A stretch of 64,000 nucleotides of DNA from Mobula hypostoma (lineage: Eukaryota): contig NC_086097.1 in the NCBI RefSeq assembly GCF_963921235.1, forward strand, positions 76,076,001 to 76,140,000. Reading direction: 5' to 3'. The translations under genes and the position numbers were made by a program. Positions 37,601 to 52,600 of this stretch are shown here, piece by piece (within the stretch, counting starts at the first letter, position 1; every line of letters begins with the position of its first letter). A model generated the notes under the pieces. It saw only the letters and a program-made list of their open reading frames with translations, searched no databases and was not told the origin of the DNA.

Positions 37601-40600
37601 CAGCCCTTGGCAGTGAATACAGCATTTAAAAATGCTCTGAAGTCTTAGTTGAACATATTGAATAGAAAGTTAGGGCTGATAATTTTCTATCTTTTATTTT
37701 TAATTCTGAGTCATATGTGTCTTTTCAAACCTTTATTTTTCTCTGTCCATGATAAAAATAGAAATAGAAATGTTGTATCATTTCTTAATGCATGCATTAC
37801 TAAATGACAATAAAAGAGGACTGCGTGTCTTCATAATCTAATCTAATAAAAATATAATGCGGTTTAAGCAAAGGATGTTTCCGTGTATTTTCCTGCTTTC
37901 CATTTTGTGCAATTATTAGCAAGGTGACCAAAAAGGTTCTTTAATTTGCTGCCAACCTCAACTACCTGTCAATACACTACACACAAGCCATTAAAAGTAA
38001 CATGTTACTGCTTGGTTATGCAGTTCTTTGGCTTTTTCTAAAATATATGAAAACCTACCTTTAAGTAATCTGAATTGATTCATTTTATGGTGTTTGTTAA
38101 TGAATAAATGTTTTTGTGTTGAACGGCAATACCTTTGTAGAGATAACTGGAGCTTTTGCATTTTTGTCTGAAGTATGGCTGGATATGTTGTTTGACTGTC
38201 TACAACAGACCTTGAATCAAGTTGGCCGTAACAAGTAGTTCTTGGCTAAAGCATTTCTTGTGAATACCTTGCTTTATCAGTACCCTTGGACAGGAGTGCA
38301 TAGAATATCAAAGGGCTGGCATACTGTTAGTTGTCTCCAGTAGAACCTTCCCTAAATTGAGAACAGATGTCTGTCAGTTGGCCATTGAAAAAGAAATGAA
38401 ATTTGTGATGAAAAATGCCAGATGGTAATTCTCAGTTTGAGTGAATAGGCTTTTTTTTAAAAAAAAAAGTACAAGTTCATTGGCATAATTAAAAAAGATG
38501 CATTTAATTTTCTTTGAATCTATTTTGATGGAATTTATACTGGCTAAGTATACTTCGCTAATGACATTGTAAAATAGTTACCACGCACTTACATATTTTA
38601 GAGTACATTACATTTTTCAGCATTCAACCCTCTGTGTTTGGTATTTATATCCTTAATAGTCTTGCCTTCTGTGGAGAGCTGAAATTCAAACTTGTCAGTT
38701 ATCCAGTGATGATTTTTTTAAAAATTTCTCAGCAGTGGTCATTATTAGAATCTGAATTTGGTGGCTCCGAATCCTCATGGAAAATTGGAACCAGGTGCTT
38801 CCTCCAGCAAATACTTGATAGTCAGTATGGACATGGTGGGCCAAAGGGCCTGATTCTGTGATTGTACATTCTTGACTTGGTATCTGATTTGGCAGATTTG
38901 CTACATTTTCCCATGTTAATATGAATCATTCTATCCAATTACAATAAGTGTAGGGCTACACACAGGAAATGCTGGAGGAACTCAGCAGTTCAGGCACCAT
39001 CTATGGAGGGAAATATTTAACATTTCATTGGGTAAAGCTATGTGAAATTGGTCAAGAAGGTACAAAAATTAATAGACACTCTCCAGGACATTTAAACTAA
39101 ATCTCTGGAAAGAAAAATATTTGATCAAAGTTCATAAACCATTGAGTAATAGGCTACAGAATGAAAACCCAATTTACTAAACATAGCTTGCTGTTTCCCC
39201 CAAACTTTGTATACAGTGTTTGTAGCCATCAAGCAATAACCTCATTGAAAGTCCAGATCTGAACCAAGATAAAAGCCCAGTGACTAAATTTGTGCAAACT
39301 ATTGTGGGTATGGCCAAGAAATCTTTTCTAGTATAGAGTAAAGTTTGAATACAAATACAATATGAATATATTCTTAAAATGTTTAATTGTTTAATCCCAG
39401 ATTTCAAGTAAACTTAGTAAAGTTCAGATGTGCAGTTTGGGATATATTTGTGCTTAGCTGTTCAAATTCTTTTATTTCCTAAAGCTATTAAACATTATTA
39501 AATACAAGGAAAAGTACAGATCATTTTATTGGCAAGTGAATTGTTTTGGAATGAACTGTGAATCTGCCAAATTGGAAATTCATATCAGTTAAAAATGTGT
39601 GTGGATTTTAATTTCTCTCCCTCTCTTGCATTTCAGATATCGTCAGTGGAGCACTAAGTAAACTTAAATCAAATAGAACACCTGCTACTTCTCACACCGA
39701 TACATCTGGTAGGTGGAACAAGAACTGTAATCGTGACCTATTTGTACAAAATCCTAAGCAATGTACAAAAAAAAGTTACTTCCAGGAAAAGCAAACTATT
39801 AAGATTTAGTAATTTTTTAAAGTCTATCTGTTAATATTGTATCTTGTCCCTTTGCTCCAAACCAAATTCACTGAAATAATGAATGGATAATAACTAAACT
39901 TGTTATTTTAAATGGTTGCTGGATTTGCTTCAATGGTATCAAAAGAAATATAAAAATAAATACAAATACATTTAAAATAGAGGTATTTATGGAAGAGCAG
40001 AGAAATCATATACTTGTGTTATTATTAAGTTAACAGCCGAACACATGTACTTCTCATTCAGGGATGTGGTTTGGCTTTTACCCAGGCTACTCTATCTAAG
40101 ATTTAAGAAGCAGATTTATTATTGCTACATGGATTAAGATACAGTGAAAAGCTTGTCTTGCGTACTGTTCATACAGATCAAATCGTTACACAGTGCACTG
40201 AAGTAGAACAAGGTAAAACAATAGCAATGTAGAATAAAATGGAAAGACTGTAGAGAAAGTGCAGTGTATTTAAATAATAAATTGCAATGTCATGACAAGG
40301 TTGATGTGAAGTATCCATCTTGTATAAGAGGTCTGTTCAAGTGTCTGATAATAGTGGGCTAGAAGCTGACCTTGAGCTTGATAAACATGCTTTCGGGCTT
40401 TTCTATCTTCTGCCCAATGGGAGGAGGAGGAATATGTGGGGTGGGTGGGGACTTTGACTATGGTGGCTGAGTTACTGAGACAGGGAGTACATAGAGGGGA
40501 GGTTGGTTTCTGTGATGTGCTGAACAGCATCCAGAACTTGGCACTTTTGTTGGCGTCACAGGCAGAGCAGTTGCTCTACCAAATTGTAATGTATTCAGAT

Positions 40601-43600
40601 AAAAATTGGTGAGGGTCAGAGAGGACATGCCAAATTTATTTAGCAGCCTGAGGAAGTAGAGGTGTTGGTGAACTTTCTTGGCCATGGTATCAGCCTTTTT
40701 GGACTGGGCAGGCTGTTGATGATGATCACTCCTTGGAAGTTGAAGCTTTCAATCCTCTCAACCTCAGTAGTAGTGCTGTAAACATGAGCATGGGCACTGC
40801 CCTGCTTCAAATCAGTGACCATCTCTTGTTTTGCTGACATTTAGGGCAAGATTGTTGTCAAGACACCAAGTCACAAGGTTCTGTTTCCTTCATGTACTCT
40901 GACTCATCATTATTACGATATCCAAGTTCAGTGGGTGAGAATCATATGGAATGGGGGGGGGGGGGCTATAAACTGGATAATAGTGGGGCTGGGTGGTTGA
41001 AAAGAAGGCATAATTGAGAGAACCTGAGTGGATTAGGAGAGAGAAATATAGAGAAGGTGGAAGGAAGCCATGCCCGGCGGCAGAGGACACTGAATGAGAT
41101 TGATTGGCAAAAGAACCAAAGCTAACATGAGAACTACTTTTATACAGCAGGTGAATAAAGTCTGAAATACATTACCAAAGTAGTGGAGCCAGACTTAATT
41201 TTAGCGGCTCAAAAGGGAATGAATAATTTGCAGAGTTGGGGAGGGGGAAATGAGACTAACCAAATGGCTCTTGTGTAGAACAAGTTAAACTCAAATGATT
41301 CTATGGCTTCCTTCTCTGCTCCAAACACTATGTGATTCTGCAAATAAGTTGCAGAAAAAAAGCAGTGAAGGAGCCTTACTACTTAATTAAATGAAAAGTA
41401 ATAAGTCTGATTTAATTAACAATCTGGCTGTATCAATATTTATTTTAGCAGTCATTATATGGTTGAGTTCTATGAAATGTTTGATAGTTTTGCGCGTAAA
41501 TTTAGATCCAGATTTGAGTACATAAGAAATAAGAGCAGGAGTAGGCAATCTGGCCTATCTAGCCTGTTCCGCCATTCTATAAGATCATGGCTGATCTGAC
41601 TATGATCTCCACCTATCTGCCTTTTCCCCAAAACCCTTAATTCCCCTATTATGCAAAAATCTATCCAACCTTAAATATATTTCCTGAGGTAGTTTCCACT
41701 GCTTCATCAGGCAGAGAATCCCACAGATTCACCACTCTTTCAGAAAAGCAGTTCCTTCTCATTTCCATCCTAAATCCCCAAAATCTTGAGGCTATGTCCC
41801 CGGTTCTAGTCTCACCTACCAGTAGAAACAACTTTCCTGCCTCTATCTTATCCATCCCTTTCATAATTTTATGTTTCTATAAGATCTCTCATCCTTCTGA
41901 ATTCCAGTGAGTACAGTCCCAGGTGACTCAATCTCTCCTCATAGTCTAACCACCTCATCTCTGGAATCCTCCTGGTGAACCTCCGCTGCACCACCTCCAA
42001 AGCCAGTGTATCCTTCTTCAAGTAAGGAGACCAGAACTGCACGCAGTACTCCAGATACGGCCTCACCAGTACCCTGTACAATTGCAGCATACCCTCCCTG
42101 CTCTTAAATTCAATCCCTCTAGCAATGAAGGCCAGCATTCCATTTGTCGTCTTGATCTGCTGGGCCTGCAAACCAACCCTTTGCAATTCGTGCACAAGCA
42201 CTCCCAAGTCCTTCCACACAGTAGCATGCTGCAATATTTTGCTATTTAAATAATAATCTGATCTTTCATTTTTCCTTCCAAAGTGGATGACCTCGCGTTT
42301 ACCAACATTGTACTCCAACTGCTAGATCCTTGCTCACTTAACCTATCTATATCTCTCTGCAGACTCTCCGTCTCCTCTGCGTAATTTTCTTTTCCACTCA
42401 ATTTAGTGTCATCAGCAAACTCAGATACAGTAAACTCAGTCCCCTCTTCCAGACTGTTAATGTATATTGTGAACAGTTGTGGGCCCAGCACTGACCCCTG
42501 CAGCGCACTGTTCACCACTGATTGCCAACCAGAGAAATACCTATGTATCACAAGTCTCTGCTTTCTGTTCAATCCTCTATCCATGCTAATGCATCACCCC
42601 CAACTCTATGCATCCTTATCTTATAGGTAAGTCTTTTATGAGACACCTTATCGAATACCTTCTTGAAATCTGAGTAAATAACACCCAGCTGCTCCCCTCT
42701 ATCCACTGCATTTGTTATATCCTCAAAGAACTGCAGTAACTTTGTCAAACAGGACCTGCCTTTGCTGAATCCATGCTGTGTCTGCGTGATAAATCCATTT
42801 CTTTCTAGATGTCTCACTATTTCTTCTTTAATGATTGCTTCAATCATTTTCCCAACTACAGATGCTAAACTAACAGGCCTGTAGTTACCTGCCTTTTGCT
42901 TGCATTCTTTTTTGAACGGTGGCATGACATTTGCCGCCTTCCAATCTGCCGGCACCTGCCCAGACTCCAGAAAATTTTGGTAAGTTATCACCAAAGCGTC
43001 AACTATAACCTCTGCCATTTCTTTCAGTACCCTTGGATGCATTCCATCAGGATCGGGGACTTGTCTATCTTTGGGCCTACAAGTTTGCTCAGCACTACCT
43101 CTTTAGTGATAGCTATTGTATCGCGGTCCTCCACCATGAAGACCGACACAAAATAGTCATTCAAAGCCTTGGCTATTTCCTCATAACCTAATATTAATCC
43201 CCCTTCTCCTCCTCCAAGGAACCTACGTTCACTTTGGCCACCCTTTTGCTCTTTATATAATTATAAAAATTTTACTATCTGTTTTTATATTTTGTGCTAG
43301 ATTATTTTCATGATCTATCTTCCCTTTCTTTATTGCTTGCTTAGTGGTTCTTTCTTGCTTTTTAAAAGTTTTCCCAATCTTCCAGTTTCCTACTACTCTT
43401 GGTGACTTTGTACGCACGAGCATTTAGTTTGACGACGTCCTGTATTTTCTTAGTTATCCATGGCTGGCTCTCCTCACCTTTACTGTCCTTATTTTTAACT
43501 AGAATATACTTTTGTTGAGCACCATGAAAAATCTCTTAAGTCTTCCACTGTTCCTCAACTGTCCCACCACATAGCCTGTGTTCCCAGTCTACCCTATCCA

Positions 43601-46600
43601 ATTCCTCCCTCGTTCTGTTGTAGTCTCCCTTGTTTAGGCATAATATACTGGTTTTAGATTTGAACAATTGCACCCTCCATTTGTATGAGAAACTCAATCA
43701 TACTGTAATCACTCTTTCCAAGAGAATCCTTAATTGCAAGATTGCTAATTTTACCTAACTCATTGCATAGGACGAGATAGCGTGGTTCCCTTGTAGGTTC
43801 AGTAACATGCTGTTCAAGAAAGTTATCACGTATGCATTTTATGAAGTCCTCCTCAGGAGTGCCTCGACCAACTTGATGCACCCAATCTATATGCAAGTCC
43901 CCCACGATAACTACTGTTCCATTCTTACATGCCTCAGATATTTCTCGGTTTATTGCCTGTGCCTCGTAATGTTATTATTTGGTGGACTGTAGACAACTCC
44001 CACCAGTGATTTTTTTTTTTTTTGATTCCCTTTATTATTCCTAATCTCTGCCCAGATGGATTCACCATTCTGCGCCTTAGATCTTGTATCGTCTCTATCG
44101 CCCTGATCTCGTCCTTAATTAAGAGTGCTATCCCACCTCCCTTACCTTCCTGCCTATCCTTTGTATTACCTAAGTGGATATTGAATTCCCAACCTCTCTG
44201 CTCTGCAACCACAATTCAGTAATGGCCACTAAATCATACCCCTTTATACTGATTTGTGCCACAAGTTCACTGACCTTGTTACAAATACTGTGGGCATTCA
44301 GGTAAAGTGCTCTTACTCTCATTGTGCCTTTAAAATTTAGTAATCTTTGTCTCTTATGCACTTGACTCTCTGCACTCCACCCTTACTTTTCTGTAACTTC
44401 TTTTTCTCTTTTACTTTATTCATACTTCTCCAATCTGTTGAACCCACCCCTCTGCTATTTAATTTAAAGCCCTATCCAAACTAGTTTGGAAGAACCAAGC
44501 TAATAAGAATGTTATAGACGAATTTGTGAAATGCTTCAGGGGATTGATTTTTAGAACAGTGTGTTATGGGATCTACCAAAGAATGGACTTTTTTATAGAT
44601 CTGGTCATGAGTAATGAAGAAGAATTTAAAAGGGATATTGTGATTAAAGATTCCTTGGGAGCTAGCAGCCACAAATTTATAGAATTTCAAACACAATTTG
44701 TGGGTGAGCACCACAGGACCAAAACCATTGTTTTTGACTTCAGATCTGTTATAATGGTTTGAAGGTGGACTGCTAAAATAAGCTAAGAGACACCGGATGA
44801 ACATTGGCAGATATTTAAACAGCTGATCCATACCACTCAGCAGGAATATATCCCAATTAGGAAGAAGCATCGTCTGTGGTTAGTAAACAAAATTAAGGAT
44901 AACTTTGAATTAAAAGTAGGGTATTTAAAGTGTCAATAATTAGTGATAGCTAGCTTGGAGAACTAGGAAGCTTTTCGTTAAAGAGAAGCTGAGTGCATTA
45001 TTTGAATATTTTTCAGAACTTGCTAAATTGCGGGAGAATACCAGAATACTTGGAAACAGCCAATGTGACTGAAAGAAGGATAAGCTGACAGTACATAGGT
45101 TAAAGATAATTGTTGCAATCACAGAAAGGTGGCTAAGGGAAGGGTAGGGCTAGCAGCTGTGTTTCAGATTATGAATGTTTCCCAGTATTTATTGGGATTA
45201 CCTTAGTGTAAGGGGCTTAGATGGGGTGGAAATTGATAAAAATGCATTCAAAAAGGTTTCTTGATGCAGAAATTGAAGAGTCTTCTGTGGAAAGGGGTTG
45301 CACTCAACCTTCTCATAGGGAATAAGAATGGCAAGTGGTAGAAGTTTTATGCAGGAATCCTGTGACCACGTCTGGTAAACATTAAGGTATTTATAAAAGA
45401 GATAGATTTGGTCCTCAAGTTTGGGAAGATAGGTCCTTAAAATGGTAGAAGGTGAATTTCAATGGTTTAAGTCAAGACTTAGAGGACTGTTTCAATTTCA
45501 GGTAACCTACTCCCCTATGATCAGTTTTTCTTTCACACTCTTAACAATCCACCCAGGGTCTCTCTTCCTTTGTTCACGTTTTCCATTCTTCCCCCACCTC
45601 TTCACCACTGTCAATTGGAATGGGAATCTCTGCCTCAATATTTTCTCACCACCATCCAGGGACATTAACAGCTCTTACAGGTAAAGCAGAGATTAATGAA
45701 CAGCTCCAATCTGATCCCTTGCATTTACTGCTTGCGATATGGTCTGCTAGACATTGGCAAGACCAAGTGTAAACTAAGTATCAACAATGATTTTTCTAAT
45801 TTCAGGTAACCCACTTCTTTGTTCCATTCACACTCTTACCATTTCACTCATGTTCTCTCTCCTTTGTTCACCTTTCCCATTCCTTCCTTTCCACCATTTC
45901 CTTGACTCATTATCTCCTCTATGGTTTTATCTCTCCTTCATTATTCCATCCCTCCCTTACCTAGTTTCAGTTATCATGTATCAGCCTCTGTCTCTACTTT
46001 CTCCCTTCCACTCCAACCATTTTTTTTCTTAACCACACCCCCCCCCCCCCACAACACCTACCAGCTCTATATCATTACTTTCCCTCACTTCTCTTTTCTG
46101 GGTGTCTCTCCCCTACAGCCTCAGTCCTGATGCAGGGTCTCAACGCAAAATAACAACCAACCTTCTACTTCCATAGCTACTTTCTCCCAGCAGTTATGTT
46201 TGCTCCACATTTCAGCATCTGCATTATGCATTCTCCAAATATATCAATTTGACATTGTTGCCATGTGTTTATTATGTGATGAGTGGAGGACAAAACCTTT
46301 TAACACACTCTACATAAATTCTTATAAAATCAGATGGGGCAAAAAGCCATTTGATCCTCCTGAACCTGTTCTAGCATTCAGTTGGTTTCTCCAGTACCTC
46401 AGATTTACTTTCTATTCTCATCCTTATATCTTTGTGCCCCCAAATTTATTCACATCAGTTTTGGATGTGTTTTAACAGCTGAACATCCAGTCTTGGGGGA
46501 TGGAGAATTTTAACCCATCTTATGCCTATGCTAATATGTTACTCCAGCTTATGAACACTTGTATATAATAGAAGCTCTTATAATAGCTTTTGGTTTTTAA

Positions 46601-49600
46601 TCCTTTGTTCAGTTTTTTCTTCTTAACCATCTTATATGAGGTGTTGCTCCTCCAACCTGAGTTTAGCCTCATCAGGGGAAGCAGAGTTGAAGTGGGTGGC
46701 TACTGGGAGATCCTGTACCCCACTTCAACTCTGCTTCCCATTCCCATTCAGATATGTCCATACATGGCCTCCTCTACTGCCATGATGAGGCTAAACTCAG
46801 GATGGAGGAGCAACACCTCATATACTGTCTAGGTAGTCTCCAGCCCCTTGGTATGAACGTAGAATTCTCCAACTTCCGGTAACTCCCTCCCCCCCCCCCC
46901 CATCCCTATTTCACTCTACCCGCTCCCCCACACCAGCTCCCTCATGGTTCCACCTCCTTCTACTACCCATTGTTTTCAGGGCTATGACATCAATGCTTCC
47001 CCTCCCCCACCCCTTTGTCTTTCAAATTACTGGTCTTTCAACTGAAGCTACAAGCATTCTTCAAATCCTTCCCCATCTTTCGTTCTTCAGTCCTGACAAA
47101 GGGTTCCGGCCCGAAACATCGACTCATTGTTTCTAACTGATGCTGCCCGACCTGCTGAGTTCATCCAGCGTACTGAAAGTGTTGCTTTAATCACAGCATC
47201 TGCAGATTATTTTGTATATATAAAGTTTAGTACATCTCAGACTCTTGGAACTCAATTCACTTAAAGTAGGCAGGCATTCAGTTCATCCTTAACTCTTAAC
47301 GACTTTGCATTTAACTTTTCTCATTTGCTGTTTATTTATATTGAACCACAAAATCTCATGGGTAATTAGATGTAATGCATAGAAGATGAACTGGCCAGGC
47401 TCAATTCAGTGGGTTGTAGCCTGCCTTGTATTCCAAATTCAGGGTCCTCTTTTCATAATTGTTGTTTTTGGGTTATTATTGCTCATGACCTTAAGTGTTT
47501 TGTATAATTTCTCCTAATCTTTAGTCATATTCTATTCTCATATCCCAATTAAGCCCATTAAAAAGGTGAAGATTCAGCAATTTGCATGTATGGAATTTGT
47601 ACCGTATAGCCTACATTATAATAAGGGACTACTTTATAGAAACATAGAAACATAGAAAATAGGTGCAGGAGTAGGCCATTCGGCCCTTCGAGCCTGCACC
47701 GCCATTTATTATGATCATGGCTGATCATCCAACTCAGAACCCAGCCTTCCCTCCATACCCCCTGACCCCTGTAGCCACAAGGGCCATATCTAACTTCCTT
47801 TTAAACATAGCTAATGAACTGGCCTCAACAGTTTGCTGTGGCAGAGAATTCCACAGATTCACCACTCTCTGTGTGAAGAAGTTTTTCCTAACCTCGGTCC
47901 TAAAAGGCTTCCCCTCTATCCTCAAACTGTGACCCCTCGTTCTAGACCTCCCCAACATCGGGAACAATCTTCCTGCATCTAGCCTGTCCAATCCCTTTAG
48001 GATCTTATACGTTTCAATCAGATCCCCCCTCAATCTTCTAAATTCCAACGAGTACAAGCCCAGTTCATCCAGTCTTTCTTCATATGAAAGACCTGCCATC
48101 CCAGGAATCAATCTGGTGAACCTTCTTTGTACTCCCTCTATGGCAAAGATGTCTTTCCTCAGATTAGGGGACCAAAACTGCACACAATACTCCAGGTGTG
48201 GTCTCACCAAGGCCTTGTACAACTGCAGTAGTACCTCCCTGCTCCTGTACTCGAATCCTCTCGCTATAAATGCCAGCATACCGTTCGCCTTTTTCACCGC
48301 CTGCTGTACCTGCATGCCCACTTTCAATGACTGGTGTATAATGACACCCAGGTCTCGTTGCACCTCCCCTTTTCCTAATCGGCCACCATTCAGATAATAA
48401 TCTGTTTTCCTATTTTTGCCACCAAAGTGGATAACTTCACATTTATCCACATTAAATTGCATCTGCCATGAGTTTGCCCACTCACCCAACCTATCCAAGT
48501 CACCCTGCATCCTCTTAGCATCCTCCTCACTGCTAACACTGCCACCCAGCTTCGTGTCATCCGCAAACTTGGAGATGCTGCATTTAATTCCCTCATCCAA
48601 GTCATTAATATATATTGTAAACAACTGGGGTCCCAGCACTGAGCCTTGCGGTACCCCACTAGTCACCGCCTGCCATTCTGAAAAGGTCCCGTTTATTCCC
48701 ACTCTTTGCTTCCTGTCTGCTAACCAATTCTCCACCCACACCAATACCTTACCCCCAATACCGTGTGCTTTAAGTTTGCACACTAATCTCCTATGTGGGA
48801 CCTTGTCAAAAGCCTTTTGAAAATCCAAATATACCACATCCACTGGTTCTCCCCTATCCACTCTACTAGTTACATCCTCAAAAAATTCTATGAGATTCGT
48901 CAGACATGATTTTCCTTTCACAAATCCATGCTGACTTTGTCCGATCATTTCACCGCTTTCCAAATGTGCTGTTATCACATCCTTGATAACTGACTCCAGC
49001 AGTTTCCCCACCACCGACGTTAGGCTAACCGGCCTATAATTCCCCGGTTTCTCTCTCCCTCCTTTTTTATGTTGTAGTAACACGCCGTTGCATGCGCTAT
49101 TAGGCACGTATAGATCTGTATGTGTGTGAGTAAAAGTTCAGACTCTACCAGTAAAGAACCATGAAACTTAGTTCCCGTCTCCAGTGTTTTTATTAACAAC
49201 TTAGTTGTGTAAACAGGCCACATACACAACGGAATTGTTCTGCCATCATGCCAGGCTGGTTTTTTTGCCTTCCTCTTCATTTCTGGATTACATTTCTTCC
49301 ATTGTTCTCTTACCTATACTTAATCTAGTCACCTTTATGACCACAGAAACTACAAGTTCCTTAACATCAAGAGTCTGTTCATTCTGCTGTTTGGCTTACT
49401 GAAGTCTTGTAAATTGGTACACACAAAGTTGGACAACTTTTTGCATCAATTTTAGAGATCCTAATGTTAGCCAGTAATGGTATTTTTTCTAGCAATTTGG
49501 GTGGTAGAGAGGTTTCTAATGATTTGAAAGTATATTGTTTATATTGATTGCTTTAAATTATTAAATTGAACTTAATTGTTCAATAAACCTGTATTATGAT

Positions 49601-52600
49601 TTATAGAATAGCATTAAGACAACAGCATTGTATACAGCAAATTGATCAAATTCCAAGTTTCTTTAAAATCACAAGCTGAGCAGTTAAAGGCATCCTTGGG
49701 TACTTAGTGAGTATGAATCGCTGATAGGTAGGGTAGGTATTACTGAAGTAAAATAAAATACTCTGTAAAAACATTATGAATGGGGTATCAAAATAAGAAA
49801 AATGGAGTAGAGTACTTTTTTATATTCAATGCATTCTTCGCCCCTCTCTAAACCATTTCATTTTATATTGATGTTTATTTAGAATCATATAGCACTACAG
49901 CACAGAAGCAGGTCATACAGTCCATGCTGTTCTGCCTAGTCCCATCAACCCACAACTGGACCTTCCTACCCCTCCAATCCATGTACTTATCCAAACTTCT
50001 CTTAAATGTTACAATTGAACCCACAACTACTGCTTCCATTGGTAGTTTGTTCCATTCTCTGAGTGAAACCATTCCCCTTCAGGTTTCCCCTTAAATATTT
50101 CATCTCTCACCCTTAGCCTCTTGTTCCAGTCTCACCAGTCTGTACCACTCATAGTTTTGTATACCTGCATCAAAACTTCCCTTATTTCTCCTGTGCCAGG
50201 GAATAAAGTCAACCTATTCAACTTTTCCCTATAATTTAGGCCTTCATGTCTGGCAACATCATTGTAAGTTTTCTGTGTACGCTTTCAATCTTATTGATAT
50301 CTTTTCTGTAGCTAAGTGAGCAAAACGTACACAATATTCCATATTTCCCCTCGCCAATGTCTTATGCAACTTCGGCATAACACCCCAACACCTGTACTCA
50401 ATACTCTGATATGTACTTGTATCTACCTCATTACTGGGATAATTCATGAAATCAATGAGATGTTCAGGAATTGTACCATTGGAGCTCACAAAAAACAAAG
50501 CTGCAAGTTATTATATGAAGTTTCCAAATGGCACATTGCTGTAAAGCTGAGAGAATATTGACTTGGCCAGTCTTCAGTTAAAATGAGGTCTGTCCAAACA
50601 TTCTTGTTTTCTTCTGAACTGATAAGCCATTTCAGATAAACTCTCCAATAGATTTCCTATGACCTTAAATGTCTGAAACAGCATCTTTTGTTTGTATTCT
50701 ATATCATCTGATAAAATTCATTATTAGAGCTTTAAACTTATTTTGACTTTTTGGTGTGTTTACATATCAAATAAACAGCGATATAATTTTTTTATATAAA
50801 CTTGATTAGAAACATCTTCGGGAACGCCAGTAATTAAAACTCCAACATGGAAACGGAAACTACTGGTAGATTCTTCACAAAGCCTTGGATTTTCAAACAA
50901 AAAAAGGTACATTTCCCCCTATAGTATACTGCTGAGGAGAGAAGGGGCTTCAAAATCAAGGTATTTTCATTCTTGAAGATACATGATTGAGAAACTGATC
51001 ATTTTTAAAAAAGAATGCTGGATAAGTCCATAAACAGTGAGGGCTGCAGGAATGAATGTATTTTTATAATTTACAACTACCAATACAGGACTGTGCAAAA
51101 GTCTTAGGCATATGTAAAATAATTACGTAAAGCAAAGATGCTTTCAAATAATGTCTCTCCAGGTAATTCCAGACAGCCTTGATAATGTTGAGATTAGGGC
51201 TCTGTGGAGGCCATACCATATGAAAAATCTAGGATGCCTAAGATTTGCTCAGTACTGTAGGTTTTTCATTGATATTTCAAAAATATCAAAATTTGTCTGA
51301 GATAAATCTAAGATTTAAATGCTAAGTGTGTGGATTGGTATCATTCTTCTGACTTCTAATCAAATCTGAACTGATTTAGTGCTATAAAGAGGAAAATTCA
51401 TTTTGAGAGTTTTGCTCCAAGAAACCACAGGCTTCTGCTGAATATTTATTTCACTGCTGATGCAAACTGATCAAATCATAGATCTCAGATATTTCTAAGT
51501 GTCATTGGTATCGTTTGATGCATTTGAGCATTATGACAAAAAAAGCTATGGATTAGACTTCAGGTAAATTATTTCTTATTTTCCATTGAAGTCTGGATAA
51601 GAATTTCTGTTCACTACAGAGGTTAACATCAAAAAACATTAAATATGTCGTAATAAACACAAAAGCGCAGGAGTTCCCAATCTGGGGTCCAATGGATGCC
51701 TTGGTTGATGGTAGGAGTCCATGGCATAAAGAGGTTCGGAGCCCCTGGGCCAGAGGAACTCAGCTGGTTATATAGCATTTATGGAGGAGAATGAGCAGTC
51801 AACTTTGGGCTGAGACCCTTCTGAATTGGAAAGGAGTCAGAATAAGGTTGAGGGAGGGAAAGAATACAAGCTGGCAGGTGATGGGTGAAATCAGGTGATG
51901 AGAATGGTGGGTGGGGGAGGTGGGTATGAAGTGAGAAGCCAGGATTCGATAGGTGGAAGAGATATAAAGGACTGAAGGAGAAATCTGATGGAGAGGAGAA
52001 TGGACCATGTGAGAAAGGGAAGGAAGCGGGTCACTAGAGGGAGGTCACGGGCAAGTGAGAAGAGAAGGGGTTAAGATGGGAGCTGTAATGGGGGGGAGGG
52101 GAAAATTATTGGAAGTAAGAGAAATTGATGTTCATGCCATCAAGTTGGAGGTTATCCAGATGGAAGATGGAGTATTCCTCCAACATGAGTGTGCCTTCAT
52201 CTTGGCAGTAGAAAAGGCTATGGGATAGGGAAGTAGAATTAAAATGGGAGCAGTGGGAAATTCAGCCTTTAATGTCGGATGGAGCAAAGGTGTTCAATGA
52301 AGTGGTTCCCTAATATTTTATATAACAAGTTATATAAGAAGGGTAATGGAGAGTCCATCAGAATGGAAGCAGGTAATTCAGCCTGCCACTTTCAGCTGAC
52401 TAGTTAGCATGTATGCTCATTGATCCTATCTTCCAGTACATGTCCTTAATCCTTCTACGCCTAGCCAATTTAAGTGTTTTAAGATGCTTTTTAAATACTG
52501 ATAGTGAATCAGCTTCCACACACTCTCCAGCAGTACAGTACAGGTACTCATTGCTCCTGAAGTGTAAAAGGACCCCCTCAGATCTCTTCTACCTCTCATA

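Noticed and set aside
37750..37850. Short segment ending in (TCTAA)n, with an inverted (TTAGA)n tract at about 20497-20520
   Set aside because: Probably tiny 3' ends of a non-LTR element; too short to classify, and not telomeric or array-like.
47734..49107. 457-aa ORF as a complete gene
   Set aside because: 5'-truncated CR1 RT; the first residues come from flanking non-CR1 DNA.
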